Assembly (NCBI GenBank): GCA_000934665.2
Contig: JYFJ02002041.1
Span: forward strand, 1 to 64,000
Direction: 5' to 3'
Length of the DNA stretch: 64,000 bases
DNA from: Catajapyx aquilonaris
Lineage: Eukaryota
Shown one piece after another: positions 38,701-52,794 of the stretch. Both the position numbers and the translations under genes were made by a program. Positions within the stretch are counted from its first letter, which is position 1. Each line of letters begins with the position of its first letter. Under the pieces are notes generated by a model. It did no database searches. It saw only the letters and a list, made by a program, of their open reading frames with translations, and was not told the origin of the DNA.

Positions 38701-41700
38701 AAGATGACGATTGTGCATTGGAATCAAATGCAAAATCGTCTCTTCATCATTTTGACCGATATAGTACGTACTATGCCACTTGGTTTCATCTGGAAATTTT
38801 TAGGAAAATGTTCACTGGCGGGTCGTGTGAGGAATGAATTTTAGCTCTGTGATGAGCGGTTCCATTTTTTAAGAACCTCCCTTTTAAGGGTCGCTTCCGG
38901 TGCTGTAAGTTGGGGGGGAAAAGATGGTACTCCGCCCTTCTTTTGTGCGCCTTAAATTCTTCAGAAGATTTTCCACGGACCTCCTTTTGAATCGCGCAAG
39001 GGGTCGTGGCCCTCTCCCGACATATTTTTTTTTTTAAATAAATTTTCCGTCCAACTCTTTTACTGTGGCTTCATGTAATTATTAACGACCCCCCCAAAAG
39101 TTCAGAGGGTTTAAAACGCCTGTTCCCTCAATTTTGTGGCCGGTCGCACTTCCCCTGGCTACAAAAGTGTGACCGCGACGTTATAACCGTGTGCTTTCAA
39201 AAAGTTTGGCAGCAGTTTGCACAAACAATGACAAACTTGTGGGACCTCTACACAAAAGGCCGCATACCTCTCGGAAAGGACGGACCCAAATTTTGACCAG
39301 GTTTTGACCACATATGTGCACGACCAGATGTGTGTGTGTGTGGCATTATTGGCAACTTTAATGAGATGGCCCACCTATTTACCACATGGTACTATTCTTC
39401 ACGGATAGATGGCGCATACTCCCTCTGTACCACTCATGCCATCCTCAGGTCGTGCGGGAGATGGCTGTACTATCAGGTCGGACAAATATCCGACGGAGAC
39501 ACTATTAGGAGAAATATTTTGCCCAATATTGGCAGACGGTTGGCTGGTTCCCAAAATATAAAAGGGCAGAGGGGGGTGGTCCTTTCGTGCCACGTGCGTT
39601 TGGGTCACGACACCAATGATTAAGTTCGCAGATGGCGTCCTATAGTAAAGGAGGAAATTCGGCGTGACCGCGCAGGCGATCGATGCCTTTTCGGAGTCGC
39701 AGTGTGTTGGTTGAACCCTCCTGGATGGGGGTACAGCAGAGAGAGAGGGGGGTGGGATTGAACTGGCAAAAGGCAATAAAGCCAATATCCCAAGCCCCCC
39801 AAGATGGTGGCAACCGAACCGAATCTGTTGGATTCATTCGGTCGGGACCAGTCGGAAGGGACACAGCAGCTGAACAGTCTCTGGTGACACCCAGGCACCG
39901 GATGTACCGAGTGTGTCAGACGTGGGAGTGTCGTATGTATGAGGTTGGGTGGGCATGATGTGGCGCCAGGTGTTTTTATGCTAATTGACAACAGGCAGGT
40001 GGTGTGGCAAATTGAGGTGGCCCCAGTTGTGGTTGTGCAGTGGTGCAGGGTACCCACAACAATGCTGGTGACGCGAATGATGTGCAACAGTTGTGATGCG
40101 GTGGCGCAATTAGTGATTTGGGCACCAGGCACATGTTTCAAGTACAGGGGGAAAAAAATAGGGGTTTGAACACAACGTATGTGACATTGTGATATTACAA
40201 TACTTGTGCGCAAAAAAAATCATACAGAGTGAAAAGTCACGTTAGATAATCAAATCACGCATAGTACGTTTCCATCGTTACACATGACACATTCATATCC
40301 GTCATTACATATTTGAAGGTTCGTTCCCTCAATTGAACATGTACACACGCTGTTGTATTTTCTATAAAAAAAAAATCGTCATCAGGAATATCAGATTACA
40401 TGTAGGTATACGCATAATTTGCATTGATAAGACTGGACAATTAGAATAATCTTGCTGCTTGTTGACATGTATACAAAGTACGTTTGGCCACATATCAGTG
40501 AGGAGATAACGTCCAATTAGCAGTGGTAAAGAGGGTTTATTTATATTCCGTGTGGATCAGGTGAGGAGTTGGGCATCCTTTTGATGTTCAGGCTTGGCAC
40601 GTGCCAGTGGCAAAGATATCTGGCGACACCGATTTTGGGCGACAGGAAGAAGAAAAAAAAATCTTACATTGGACCCCACCTCTCTTGTCCCAGGAGAATT
40701 TTCTGGGGAGGAAAAAAGAGTCTAGGTGGGGGTAAATCGGGATCATAAATCTGCAGGGTCTGGGGTTGAAGTTGGGGAAGAAAGTGAGCTCCTGCCGACC
40801 TTCTCTGGAGGGTTTTTTTTTCCGGCCATTTTTTCGGACTGGAATAATGTCACGCGAAAAGGTGATGCTGTTGTAGATGGAATTTTATGGGCGAAGAAGG
40901 ACCACACAGAGGGGAGGGAAAAAAATTTGAGAAAGGATATTGGTCCATCTTCAGATGAAATAAGGAGCTTCGGAAAGTCGATATTGATTCAGTTCTTTAA
41001 AAAAAAAAAAACCTACTCTTTCCACATTCTTGCAATACATTGTGGTTTATAGATCAATGGACTTGCTTTCTGATTGAGTGCCCCTTGCATCTGTAGTTGT
41101 GCGCAGTTGAAGTCTTGATTTAATCGCAACTGCGCTAATCAGAAACTTGTTGCCTCAAGATGTATTCCACGCATGGATAAATCACATTATTCGATTCATA
41201 TTTGCATAAGCAACAGTATTTGACGATAAAGCATCTGCTGAATCTTTGTTATGCAAATAGGCTCCTTCATTTTGAATTAATTGCTGCTGTTAACACCGTC
41301 AGCATGCATGTATAGTCATTACTAGAGTTACACCTGCTTGTTTCATTTGCAAGTATGGGTTGAGCTTTTCGTAAGTTGCTACTGCCTCCAAAGGCCAAGG
41401 TGTTAGAATGGCTGCTATCAACTACATTTTTGTCTGACACATTGAACAGGTGTCCACCACCGTGCCTTTTTACCCCCTATTGTATACTGTACTGAAGTGC
41501 TCTGCTAGTCATCCTTAACGCCTGCCCCGTTACTGTTTATTTACCATCCTTGGGTGGCCCACAGCTATCTGGCAGCTTAGGGATTGTTAGTTACCTTCAC
41601 GGAACCAGGGTCAAGGGACCAAAAAAGACACTCCTTCCTGATCGTTGTGCAAAATGTTGGGAATGAAAAGGGCTCCGTTGGCCAGTGTGGAGGACTTGAG

Positions 41701-44700
41701 CCGCTTTACCACCCCGAGGAACACTCCGAAAAACACTCCCTCCCCACGAATAAGACTAAAGTGGACTCCCAGAGAGCCTCACAATCATGAGGAGGAGCTG
41801 AAGATTTTGGAGCAGGATGTGAACAGTGAAGAGGATTCTCCAGTGACACACACTCCTTGTACTCAGGGTCCTCTGGATAGGTGAGGGTCACAATAACATG
41901 TTACATGACTGGCCGTAAGTGTTCATTTTAATACGACGATGCTTTCGGATAACATGTAAGCTTGAACGTCACAAAGAGCTACACTTTTGCACAGGCTTGA
42001 ATGAAAGGGCTCTCTTTGCTGAGCAGTGTGAAATGTTGCCAAACTCGTTACCTAATGCAGTGTCGTCTTCGTTACAGACTGAATTTGGTGTACCTGACTC
42101 TGGTGCTGCACGGAATTGGCACCCTTATGCCATGGAACATGTTCATCACTGCCAAAGACGTGAGTGTGCCGAATAATCAGGTTTGATTCCAAATGACTAA
42201 AGTCGTGTTTCTTTTGCAGTACTTTGTTTCATACAAATTGAGTAAAGAATACACAGGCGTAGCGTCTGAGTATGGAACAAACTTCCTCCCCTACATTGGT
42301 TTTGCCTCCCAAATCCCCAATGTTATATTCAACTGGCTCAACATTTTCATTCAGTTAGGGTAAGTGGCTCAATCTTCTTATTTTGAACATTGCCAATCTA
42401 CAAGTCCGTTTTATTTCTGAATCGCTTTGAAACTAATGCAAATTTACGACCTTCAGGGGAAATCTAACCTCTCGTGTGGTATGGAGTATCTTCGTGGAGG
42501 TGATGATCTTCATTGTGACTATCATTCTGGCCATGGTCAATTCGGCTGAGTGGCCAGACTACTTCTTCTGGATCACCATCGCCACAGTGGTCATCCTCAA
42601 CAGTAAGAGCGTTGTCAAGCATCAATTCCTGAAAAATATGCTAAATTACATTTCCTTTTCAGTGGCCAACGGGATCTACCAAAACACTGTGTATGGAATG
42701 GCCGCCAAGCTTCCCTTCAAGTACACGGGAGCAGTAGTGCTTGGGTCGAACATCAGCGGAACCTTTGCCGCCATCATCAACATCATGTCCATAGCAATGG
42801 CTCCCAACAAGAGGACAGCTGCCATATACTACTTCATCACCGCCCTCTTTATTCTGCTTGCCTGCTTTGACACCTACTTTGCTCTCCCTCTCAATGTAAG
42901 TAACACCTTCACGCTGAAGACAAGCACCATGGAGTTATGTCTGGGGTGACAAGAGTCTAATTTTTTACATACTGATGAGTATTCGCAAAGCATTATTGTG
43001 GAAAAGTATTGTGAATGCAATCTGTACTGAAGGCTGTTTGCATAATATTGGCATTTGGCGGCACTTTGCAAACAGTTTTGAGCGGACTATTGCAGCCTAA
43101 AGGATAGTGAAAGACCCAATGACTTCATATGGTCTAATGAGACTCCCTGGATTGCTGAAACATCATAATACGTACATGGGAATAATCAAGGCATAATAAT
43201 TATTGCTTGCTTCTCATTTGCAGCGTTACTACCGTTACCATGAACATCTGAACCAGAAGGAGCAGATGGTGAAGCAGAAGTCAAATATGGGTGTGAAGCC
43301 ATCGACTCCGTACTTGGCGATATTCCGCAAGTGCTTCCCCCAGTGCTTCAACGTGTTCATGGTCTTCTTCGTAACCCTGGCCATATTTCCTGCCGTCCAT
43401 TCAGACATCAGAATGGTGGACAAGGAATTCGTTGTCCCAGAGAAGTACTTCTCTGCGGTTACCTGCTTCCTCACCTTCAACATGACGGCCATGATTGGCA
43501 ACATGGTGCCTGGACTATTCACCTGGCCCAAGCCCCGGTTCCTGTGGATCCCGGTGATGCTGCGTCTTGTGCTGATCCCGTTCTTCGTGTGCTGCAACTA
43601 CAAACCCCAGGACGTGGAGAGAGTCTTCCCTGTCTTCATTAATGAGGACTGGCTCTACTGGTCGATGAGTGTTGTCCTCGGACTCACCTCCGGCTACTTC
43701 AGTTCACTCGCCATGATGTACTGCCCAAGGTGAGAGATTCCTCATTAAATTTAAGGGGCCCGTGCAATTTACGTCACACTAAGCACTTACAGATGATAAT
43801 GAGGGGCTGCTTCTAGTGAAATATTCTTGCTAATTATCCATTTACCTCAATGGTCCACCTGTTGTTGTCATGCGACATCTGCTCCTGTAAATTTCAACAA
43901 TTCAGTGCATTACCCTCTGCTATTGAATTGGCCGGAAAACTTTTTCTATTCTCCGCCCTTTTGAAATACATCTTGCAAATGTTAATTGACAGCATAGTAT
44001 CATGAAGATAATTTAATGGGAATTTGTCATGGTTATGATTTTTCTTCATGAATCCTGAAAAAGTAAATGTGCACTTGTCATGTTCTTTCTAGTAAATTTT
44101 GATGCTGTATGCAGTTGTTAGGCTGCAAATACAAAAATTAAATGTCTGCTGCAATGAGACCTGTCTAAGGTGTGAAACTTATCCGATACAGAATTTTTGC
44201 TTGGTCCTGTTTGGTGACTTTCAGTGCATTTTTGTTGCATACAATGATAATTTATTGCTCACGAAATTATTTCTCTGAACTTAGCAATTGTCTTAGCTGC
44301 AACTTTGAAAATGATTGCGAGGACCAAACAAAAGGTCTGGAACAGACGAGTTTATACCGCATGCAGGGTCCATTTCAGACAGGTTTTATTGCAATATTGT
44401 GGGTCACATTATTTCATGAAAATTGCTGCTCATGCCGTGGTCGATTATCTAGCATGAACATGTGTAATAATGCTGAATAATCCGGAAGCACTTTGGAGTA
44501 CGGGACAGGAGGGAACTGATTGTACAAATTCAAAAAGTCGTCCAAGTATGAAAATAGGTTTATTAAAAATTATTTTACACTTCAACAATTATTAGTTAAA
44601 ACATTTCACACAATTTTATAGTAGTAATGTTTGTCATCCATTCAGGAAAAGCCCCTTGATGATAATGGAAAGCAGCCAAATGCAATGTCACAAAGCATTA

Positions 44701-45185
44701 GCATACAGTAGTGAGCATCAAGATGTTGACGGTAGACCAGACCTCTTTCTCGGGTGTACCGTCCACACCTTTACGCTTGTGACTGTACGTTTCACTTGTA
44801 CATAAACTGGAATATATTAACGATAATATAGTTTCAGCATAATTATGAACAGTTCATAAATGCAAAGCTTTTGCGTTACTTTTCATTCAGACTTAATACG
44901 CCACAAGGAAGGACATAACTTTGTCAGTTGGACCGCCCACAGGTGCAGCGTGACAACGAAGCCATTTCTTATACTCACTCGTAATTGGATGACTGTACCG
45001 CAATGAACATTTAAGCCTGTGGCCTTGACACTTGCATTCCCTTCCTCCGCAGGGTGGTTGAGCCGGAGTACGCCTCAACCGCAGGCATGTTTGGAGCCGC
45101 TTCCCTGATCACAGGAATATTCGCTGGGATCAACTTCTCCATGGCACTCTCCTGGTTTGTGCAGAAAGTCAGATGGCAGTTATGA
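32551..45185 (+). CDS. Equilibrative nucleoside transporter (SLC29/ENT family), shared exons
   Basis: Exons 32551-32743, 42078-42159, 42220-42359, 42457-42602, 42663-42895, 43224-43729, 45053-45185. Motifs P.DRLNLVYLTLVLHGIGTLMPWNMFITA, ANGIYQNTVYG, GSNISGTF, VTLAIFPA and GLTSGYFSSLAMMYCPR are diagnostic of ENTs. Confidence 0.93.
34707..34997. mobile_element. Foldback (almost wholly palindromic) MITE, ~291 bp
   Basis: TA|CTCTCTAAAAAAA ... TTTTTTTAGAGAG|TA. Arms of ~130 bp are near-perfect reverse complements around ~34840, with an internal AAGAGTT/AACTCTT sub-repeat. Confidence 0.85.
35736..35783. repeat. (AT)n microsatellite after poly-A
   Basis: Direct reading. Confidence 0.95.
35992..36203 (+). 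mobile_element. Non-autonomous Helitron-like element, apparently complete copy (212 bp)
   Basis: A|TC 5' end, 3' hairpin TTGCCAAAttTTGGCAA followed by CTAG|T, no TSD. Homologous to the copies at 37333 and 39345. Confidence 0.75.
37333..37591 (+). mobile_element. Helitron-like element, second copy with internal duplication
   Basis: Shares TCCTAATAGGCT..GTCCGACCTGAT..GTGGCAGGAGTG..CGTGAAGA.TAGTAC..TGGTAAAT..TTTTGGCAACGG with the 35992 copy. Ends TTAG|T, and the GCCATCTAT...TGGTAAATC block occurs twice. Confidence 0.72.
39345..39512 (-). mobile_element. Helitron-like element, third copy, 3'-truncated
   Basis: Reverse complement reads TCTCCTAATAG..GTCCGACCTGATAGTA..GCGCCATCTATCCGTGAAGAATAGTACCA; the terminal hairpin and CTAG are missing. 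Confidence 0.7.
41654..41880 (+). CDS. Alternative proximal first coding exon of ENT (MLGMKRAPLASVEDLS...QGPLDR)
   Basis: Open frame ending in P.DR with a phase-2 donor AG|gtgagg, the same phase and motif as exon 32551-32743. Joins exon 42078 in frame. Confidence 0.72.
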
Positions 45186-48100
45186 AGAGGGGCTGGCCTT
45201 TTAGAGAGAATAACAAAAAAAATGCAAGAGAGAAAGAGAGAGAGCGAAAGAGAGAATCTTAGGGATAAGTGGAAAATAGTGTGGGTGAAGGTGAGACTGT
45301 AAAAGGGAGGGTGGGAGTGTGTATAGGGAACGAAGAAGCAATATGATGACGATGCATGGTGCAGTTCCTTACAGATGAAAATAGAATCAAGTTAGAATTG
45401 GGAAGTTTTTTTAATGCTTTTTTCAGGTGCGCGAATGACTCCATTTGGATTTTTTTATTATTTGGACTCCCAAAAATGCGGGTGTTGGAAGAAAAAAATT
45501 TGAACTCCCATGCCCTTTGCATAATGATTTTTTTTTTTTTGAAAACCAAATGTGACGTATTTACTTGTAGTTACCCTTCACTCCTTCTCTTACCATTTCT
45601 CCTTGTATTTAAACTTTTTAAAAGCAAGGACAGGTCTTAGGCATTTTGTCGGTTTGGAGTGGGGGTTGGGTGGGGTTGACATGAGATATTTAGCTTTCGC
45701 ACCGTAACGTTTTTTGAAAGTTTTGGACTTTGATAGGAACTGACAAAGTCACCCATCATGTAAAATAACGATGCATTACCAGATCTACTGGACAAAGTTT
45801 GTAGTAAGGCAGTGATTCTCAGGGTTGTCATTTAGTAGCAGTTTATGGAGGGGGTGGGGATCAGGAGGGGAAAGGGGTTAAGTTTTGGTGACACGAGAAT
45901 GGCCTACTGAGTATTTGTGTTTCTCTTTTTCCCTTGTGCATTGCGTTGTGCATTTACTTGTAAAGGTTGGACACACGAGAAGGGATGAGGTAAGCCCTGA
46001 TATCACGTACCTCGTCTCCGTGTTGGATCAACCTCAATTTTTATCTATGTGGCCTTACACGTAGTGTATATGTTTGGGGCCATTTTTTTTGTGCAGTTAT
46101 TATTATCCAGATCATGTAAAAAGATGCGCTGCCTTTTTCTAGGCCATTGTTTCTCATTCATTTCTGTGGCCCTGCTGTAACAAATACATCTTTAAATGTA
46201 AACCTGTTCTGTTGATAACAGCAAATGTCTTGCTTGAGGTGAAATGCTGCTTATTTATACCGCAACTTTATGGCAAAGTAATCTGAAATCAAAACCTGTC
46301 TCTCGGCGACTTGGCCTGTTTGATTGTCTTTCTGAACCAATGTTTCCCTTGCCAGTAGTGAGTCACCCCCGGACATATTGTTATTTTTGTTAACAATGCA
46401 GTGCAATAAATGAATGAGGAATTCCCAAGGGCTATCGGCCTGTCTTTGATTCTCATCTGTTGCGGGAAGAAAGCAACAGAAAGGTGAGATTTAAAATATC
46501 CACACTGTGCATGCAAAAAAATGGTGTTTCTGAAGAGAGTTCCCTCCCATTGATAAGCACTCGAGCAGCAGGAGGCTTTTGCAGCACACTCCTGCGGCAC
46601 TAGTACTTAGGAACAGGACAGGAGTGTACAGACACACTCTACGTCACAGCCGTCTCGCCACCTGGGGATTTGAGGATTCAACAGGTGGTCCAGCAGCTGC
46701 GTCTTATGAAAAATAAAAAAACGATGGAGACGTCAAGCAATGACTGGCGAAATGGTCAATCAAGAGATTCATTTTGCATTGCTGAATGAATTTCGTGCAG
46801 TACATGACGGATGTGTTAAGAGAGGGCCCACTCATCCAATTGTGACCCCGGACCCAGAGTAGAACTGCTTTTGGTTGACTCAATTGGCCTCAATTGGAAG
46901 GGAGGACCCCCCCTCCCACAGCCACCACCTCCCTCTCTCCCTACCCTAGTGGCCTCCAGTGCTATACTCCCGCAGGATATCCCTATCAAGCGACTAATAA
47001 GGAACAGGCTGAGCCAGGAACATCATGAAAGAACTCCTGCTGATGGTCACCCAATGGATACAAGAACAAAATGCTGGACAAGACGACATGTTTTTGGTCG
47101 CAGGAATTGTTACAACATGCAACATCGTAGCCATTTGTACGAGTACGAATGAAAAGCAAGAATAAAATCTACTCTGTCTGGCTATGAATTTGTGCTCATA
47201 CAACCGGCCTATTTTAGAGAGTAATGCATAGTAATGAAAGGGCCACCAGAGATGTTGATAATCACCAATACACATTATGTGGAAGTCCTGCTAGAGCCTT
47301 CAATAATGACTTCCTCATAATTAAACATCCTATGGTTGTTACTAACTTCCATTTTAGCATTCAACCGCCTCTGTTGCATGTAATTGACTCATGAGGTGAT
47401 CAATTTCTGGCTTGGTTTCAAGGGTATGACTGCATGGCCGCTATTATGATAGTTGATAGTACGAGTCAACTATCACACGCTGCATTTACACCCCCCAACG
47501 CTGATTATGGCTACTTTAAAACTAAAAAGGCTTCCATTGACGCTATTGTAATGGTTTTGCTAGTTGAATACGTAACGCATAACGTAGATACATGCATGTG
47601 GGTGACAATGCAGCACATATAGTGGAACATATGCTAACTTTGAAGCGTGCCTTGAACTAAAGAGTAGAAGACAAACTCACTTGGTGTCCAGAATCCATCG
47701 GCTGTCACTTTGGTCTCAGAAGAGAAGTTCACACTGTAATGTTTCCCAGCTGCTGACTCCTCAGATGCTGGTGACCCCGTCTGTCTGTGGGCCAACCCCA
47801 GAGAGGAGTCCTAATATACATGTGGTGCTGACCAATGGCAGAGGGGACCTTAATTCGTCCTCTAATCACGACCGACCCCACACTGCCACTACACTGCTGT
47901 ACCACCACCACTGGATGATGATCCACCGTTTAATCTCTTTTTCCCAGGTCTCACTCTTACTCAACCGATTTAATCAACGGGAAGTAGAGGAGAGGGTGGG
48001 AGGTAGGGAGGGGGTTTAAATAGGGTTCAAAAGGCTTTTGGGCCATGGGGGGATTGCGATTAAAGGCTTCCTTCCGATTCTTTTTTTTTTTAATTTTATA

Positions 48101-51100
48101 TTATTCATTCTGGTCGAGGGCAGAGGTACAGAGAGGGACGAGGTCACCAGAAGTGGGGGGTGCTGGTGCTGGATGATGATGAAGCACGTGAGGACCCTTT
48201 ATCAATGTATGGCTAATTGGGAACAGGAGGGTATGACTTGACAAGCTTTTTGGGCATATTTAGGTGGGTTTGCTGGACCTAGACCTTGGACAAGATGAGA
48301 CTTGTACAGCTGATGACCAAAAAAGTTTGCAGTTCGGTTACAAAATGAGCTCATTTTTTTATTTTATATTAATTGTTTCTGGACTGTTATTAACAGTTAT
48401 GGGCCTTCAAAATACGCCCAATACTCAGCCTGTTACATAACTACTCACATGTCAAATTAGAATCTGTCGCGATCATTTAAAAAAAAATTAATTATGAATA
48501 TGTCCTGGCTGCAAACCAAAACGACTGTATGCACATAACTGCAATAATAATTGCTACAATATTCCGTAGCACGTAAATATTGTCATTTAATTTTTTAAAT
48601 AGATTACGTGAGAGTTCCTGGCCGTTCCTGATACTGAATTATTTCCCCTGGGTTTGTTTATTGTCCCCTTCATCATTTGTATGCGCATTTTAAAAATGTA
48701 GCTTACAATTTAATCTCACCTGCTCATCCCTCCGCAGCAAGATGCACACACTTGGAGTAAATTCAAGCCAGACCATCTTCTTCCTAGAAACCAAACCTTC
48801 CTATGTACATAAAAAAGACCCCATGAAAAACGGCCATAATGACCACCTGCCCGCCAATCTCCTCCAGATGGACCCATGTATTTTTATCTCCGGATTTCCC
48901 CAGGATATTTTCATACATATATACAAGTGTGCACATTGCAACCTGCGTATAGGTTCCCATGATGTCCAAAGCGTTTCCTCTGCAAAGACCTAGTCATATT
49001 ATATGTGGAGCAGAGGGAGACAAGAGCTGGCTTTAGATGGATAGAAAGAGGCTCCGGAGGTCAAATTCATTCCCCCAATTGTGGCCTCTCTATTGAAAGG
49101 GACGGAGGGTAGGAAAAGGGAGGCCCTCAACTGGATCATATCCACAGGACCTCATACAGATCATACCCCCCTCAAAAAAATGACCCGCAAAATTGTCTGT
49201 TAGCTGATTGCAATAATATTTCCGATGGAGGAAAAAAATTGGCAGACTATGTGCGTGGCAAATATTTTTCCACAGCTGGTGCATGTAATGTATGTATGCA
49301 GTGTGTAGCCTACACAATTGACTGCAGCTTGGCCTGAATGCGGGTTATAAGGGGAGGGGGGGAGAATGTGGTGGTGGTGGTGGGGAGGGTATGCAAATGT
49401 AAAGAGATTAGGCGTAGGTGCTGCCACGTACTCGACTTCACTCTGGAGTGTATGTTGGGAACAGAGTAATTACGCTGCCAAGTTTTATGTACGCTCAATT
49501 TTTTTATTATTATTACTTCACTCACAGTCAGTACAGATGCTGAAAATTACATTGTCGCACAATCCAGCTGCAAGTATAATTTTTGGGGGGGGGGAAATTA
49601 TTCCTGGAATTCCTGGAATTGTTTGGCGTCTTCTGCCAAAAAAAAAAAAAATAGATATATGAAAGACGTCATCATATCCATATTTAATTCAATGGACACA
49701 TTCCACCCGCCCACCCTTGATGTCTGTGTATATGTTGGCAGCTGGTTGTCACATAACCTCATTGAGACTACTTACCGCATGTTTTTTTTATGAGCTGGTC
49801 ATTCATAGCTGGGAAAGCCATTGTCTTTCGGTTGTTGACCCAAACGATGACCACCACTGGTATTTTATTATGATTATTATGCAGGATGAAAATTGTCCCC
49901 AATGTGTTAAGCAGACGTGTGCAGGTACATCACAAACCGATTACCTGCGGCACTACTACTTAGGACACTAAGGACAAAAGTTGGTCTTTTCTGTCCAGTT
50001 GTCAACTCACCTTTTTTTTTGTGTGTGTGTGAAAATGTCCCCAGATCCGGATGTTGAGGACTCATCTTGGGTCGGAATCGTGTTGAAATGAGCTTGTTGG
50101 ATGTGTGCTTGTGTGGTAGGTAGGTAACATGTTTCGTCTTGAAAGGGGTGGGAATAAGGGTAAAGGGGGGGGACTCGACCAATGAGCAACTGAAAATGAG
50201 TTTCTCCTGGCGGATCTTCATTGGCCACTTTGGCTCAAAGGCAGGTGGGCCAAACGATGAAAGCCGTCAGACCAACCCCATCCAAATATTGGACTTTGCC
50301 CACCTCCAACTCCCAAATTTTGGGGAGGTCTGACGTAATTACAAAAGTGAGGGCATCTAAATGGGAACAACGGGAAAAAAATATATATATTAAAACCTCA
50401 ACATGTTTTTATTTAACATGAATTACATTTCGACGGTTGACATTCCCCAGTAACAGCAAAGGAGCAAAAGTCCAAAGTAATAAAGTGCACCTGCTCGTGA
50501 AAATCGGGCGTCGTAAACACCACTTATTGTTGGGGATGGCCATTTCAGGCAAATTAGCACCATTTTGTATCAACCAAAAATTTAAGGAAAAAAAAAATCG
50601 TGGACATAGCCCCTTTTGCTTTAGAGGGTAATTAAAAATGTAAAAACGACAACAATATAGACACCGCGGAATGTTGCGCACCTTACATTAGAACAATTAC
50701 ACAATTAGCTACTCTGCAAATAACGTGCGTTATGAAACAGCATTTTTTTTAGACTTCCCACGATAAGGGCGGTCTATTTTGAAAGAATATATTTTTACGG
50801 AATACATTCATTGCTCTGGACTTTCGTTTGCTTATGGACCCGCTGGGCCTCCAAAAAGCTATTGTTGTGTCGGACTCCTCCGCAATAATTGCACTCTAAT
50901 TTAGCCCATAAAAATTAAACATGAACAACAGGTGGACAAAATATTGCCAAATGTGGCACAAAAAAAGGTTATTTCCTTTCTTTAAAATTTGTCACTCAAA
51001 CTTTTTTTTGCAAATTGAAGATTTTCGCACTGACCAACAGACAAGCAGCAGACGGATGATGATGATGATGTGATTACATTCATTCAACGGTTACCCATCA

Positions 51101-51907
51101 TCATCTGTCAATTGGTGTCGGAATCTCTTGTCGAGTAGTTCCTGAGTCGGAATGTGTCCCCCATACAACTGAAGGACATCCGCTGGGGTCACTGGGAGGT
51201 CACATTTGCACCACCGAGAAAACACCGGGGTGCGAAGTACATGCCCGGCTAACGAACACTGCATACCTGACACTCTCAATTTCTTTTTTTAAAAACTACA
51301 TGTGTGTGTGGCCATTGCTAATTCCAGACTTAGATAAGGTGAGGTTGAAGGGAACAAACGAAATGTCGATGACCTATGACCCAAATTGCTGTTCTTTTTA
51401 TGGCGCTTTGTTATCGGACGCAGACGACTCCGATCGGTTGTGCTGTACGAACTGTGGTGGTACGAACTCTCAAAAGATTTTTTTTTAAAATAAAAAAGTA
51501 TGTGACCACAGGGTCATACACGCAATTGTAGAATATACGTAGAAAACTGCAGATGCAAATCTGTGGGAGGTCAAGGACAGGTCATGTCGCAATCGGTCCA
51601 TAAGGAAATAATCGTCTACAGTCGTGAGAAAGACTATAAAAAAGGGGGCAGGTGTCACATTTCGTACACTTTATCAGCACATCAATTTTGCACCCGCATG
51701 TGTGTCACTCTTTTATATATATATATAAAAAAAAGCCCCTTCCCCTTCCCCTTGATCAACACAACTGGTGATGACTCGTCTCCCATTATCATCCGATTAA
51801 AAGTACAACAAGTAAATAATATCCAGGCCTTTGAAAATGTCGCGTGCTGCTTGTTAATGTATATGAAAGAGGGGGGTGAAAATTAGAAGACAAATACTTA
51901 TAATGAC

Positions 51908-51913
<6 letters not shown>

Positions 51914-51981
<68 letters not shown>
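51914..51981. repeat. (CT)n microsatellite
   Basis: Direct reading. Confidence 0.95.
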
Positions 51982-51984
<3 letters not shown>

Positions 51985-52794
51985 ATGGCGTCATATTATG
52001 GTCAATTTACGAATAATCCTCCCCTCAATATGTACCTTTCTGAATTGGTAAAGTGCTATTGTTCCGACACCCCAACATGTCTCCCGGATGCTGTCGGCGC
52101 ATTTATCTCATTTTCACGCTATATTAGTTGTGTCTCGTTGTATATATGAACATATCGTGTGTGTGTGTGTGTGGTGGGGCAGCACCCTTAAAAAAAAGTT
52201 CATATCCGAAACACCTTTTAGATATATAACAATAGCCATTTTTTGTCCATCACCTGCACAGGAAGACCCGCGGGTTCAAAATAATAGTAATAAAAAAAAA
52301 TACATCACCTGCCACTTGCATATTAAAACACAAGCAGTATTTTCATCCGCAGAAAAACAATCCTTGAAGTGCACACATTTCCGCAATTATTTTATCTCGC
52401 AACAAGTGCACAATATTTATTTCCCCCCCTGCCATCAACAACTGTTGGCAAGTGTCACATAATGCATGCTCTCGTGCCCTTGTTAATCTCCCAATCGCAA
52501 CATATGTGCAAATATAATTGGCGATGTCTGCTGGGACGGCACACTTCAAATGATCCGGATTTTTTTTCTCCTTCCAAAAGGGTGTGGGAAGGTCCTTGAA
52601 TAAGTGTTGAGGCACCTTTATGGACACTTCTGATGGGGCCAAAGCATAGAGATTCCGACCCCCAAAATAAAACGTGACACAATGCGAGACACATATCGTA
52701 CGTACACGTAACAACAACACGTGACACACACACTGTGAGTCACATTAAAAAGCGTCCAAATTTGGAACAGACAACTCATCGGGATGTCCCACCT

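Noticed and set aside
39620..40213. 197-aa minus-strand ORF
   Set aside because: Non-ATG start, no domain recognised, and composition reflects a GT-rich degenerate stretch.
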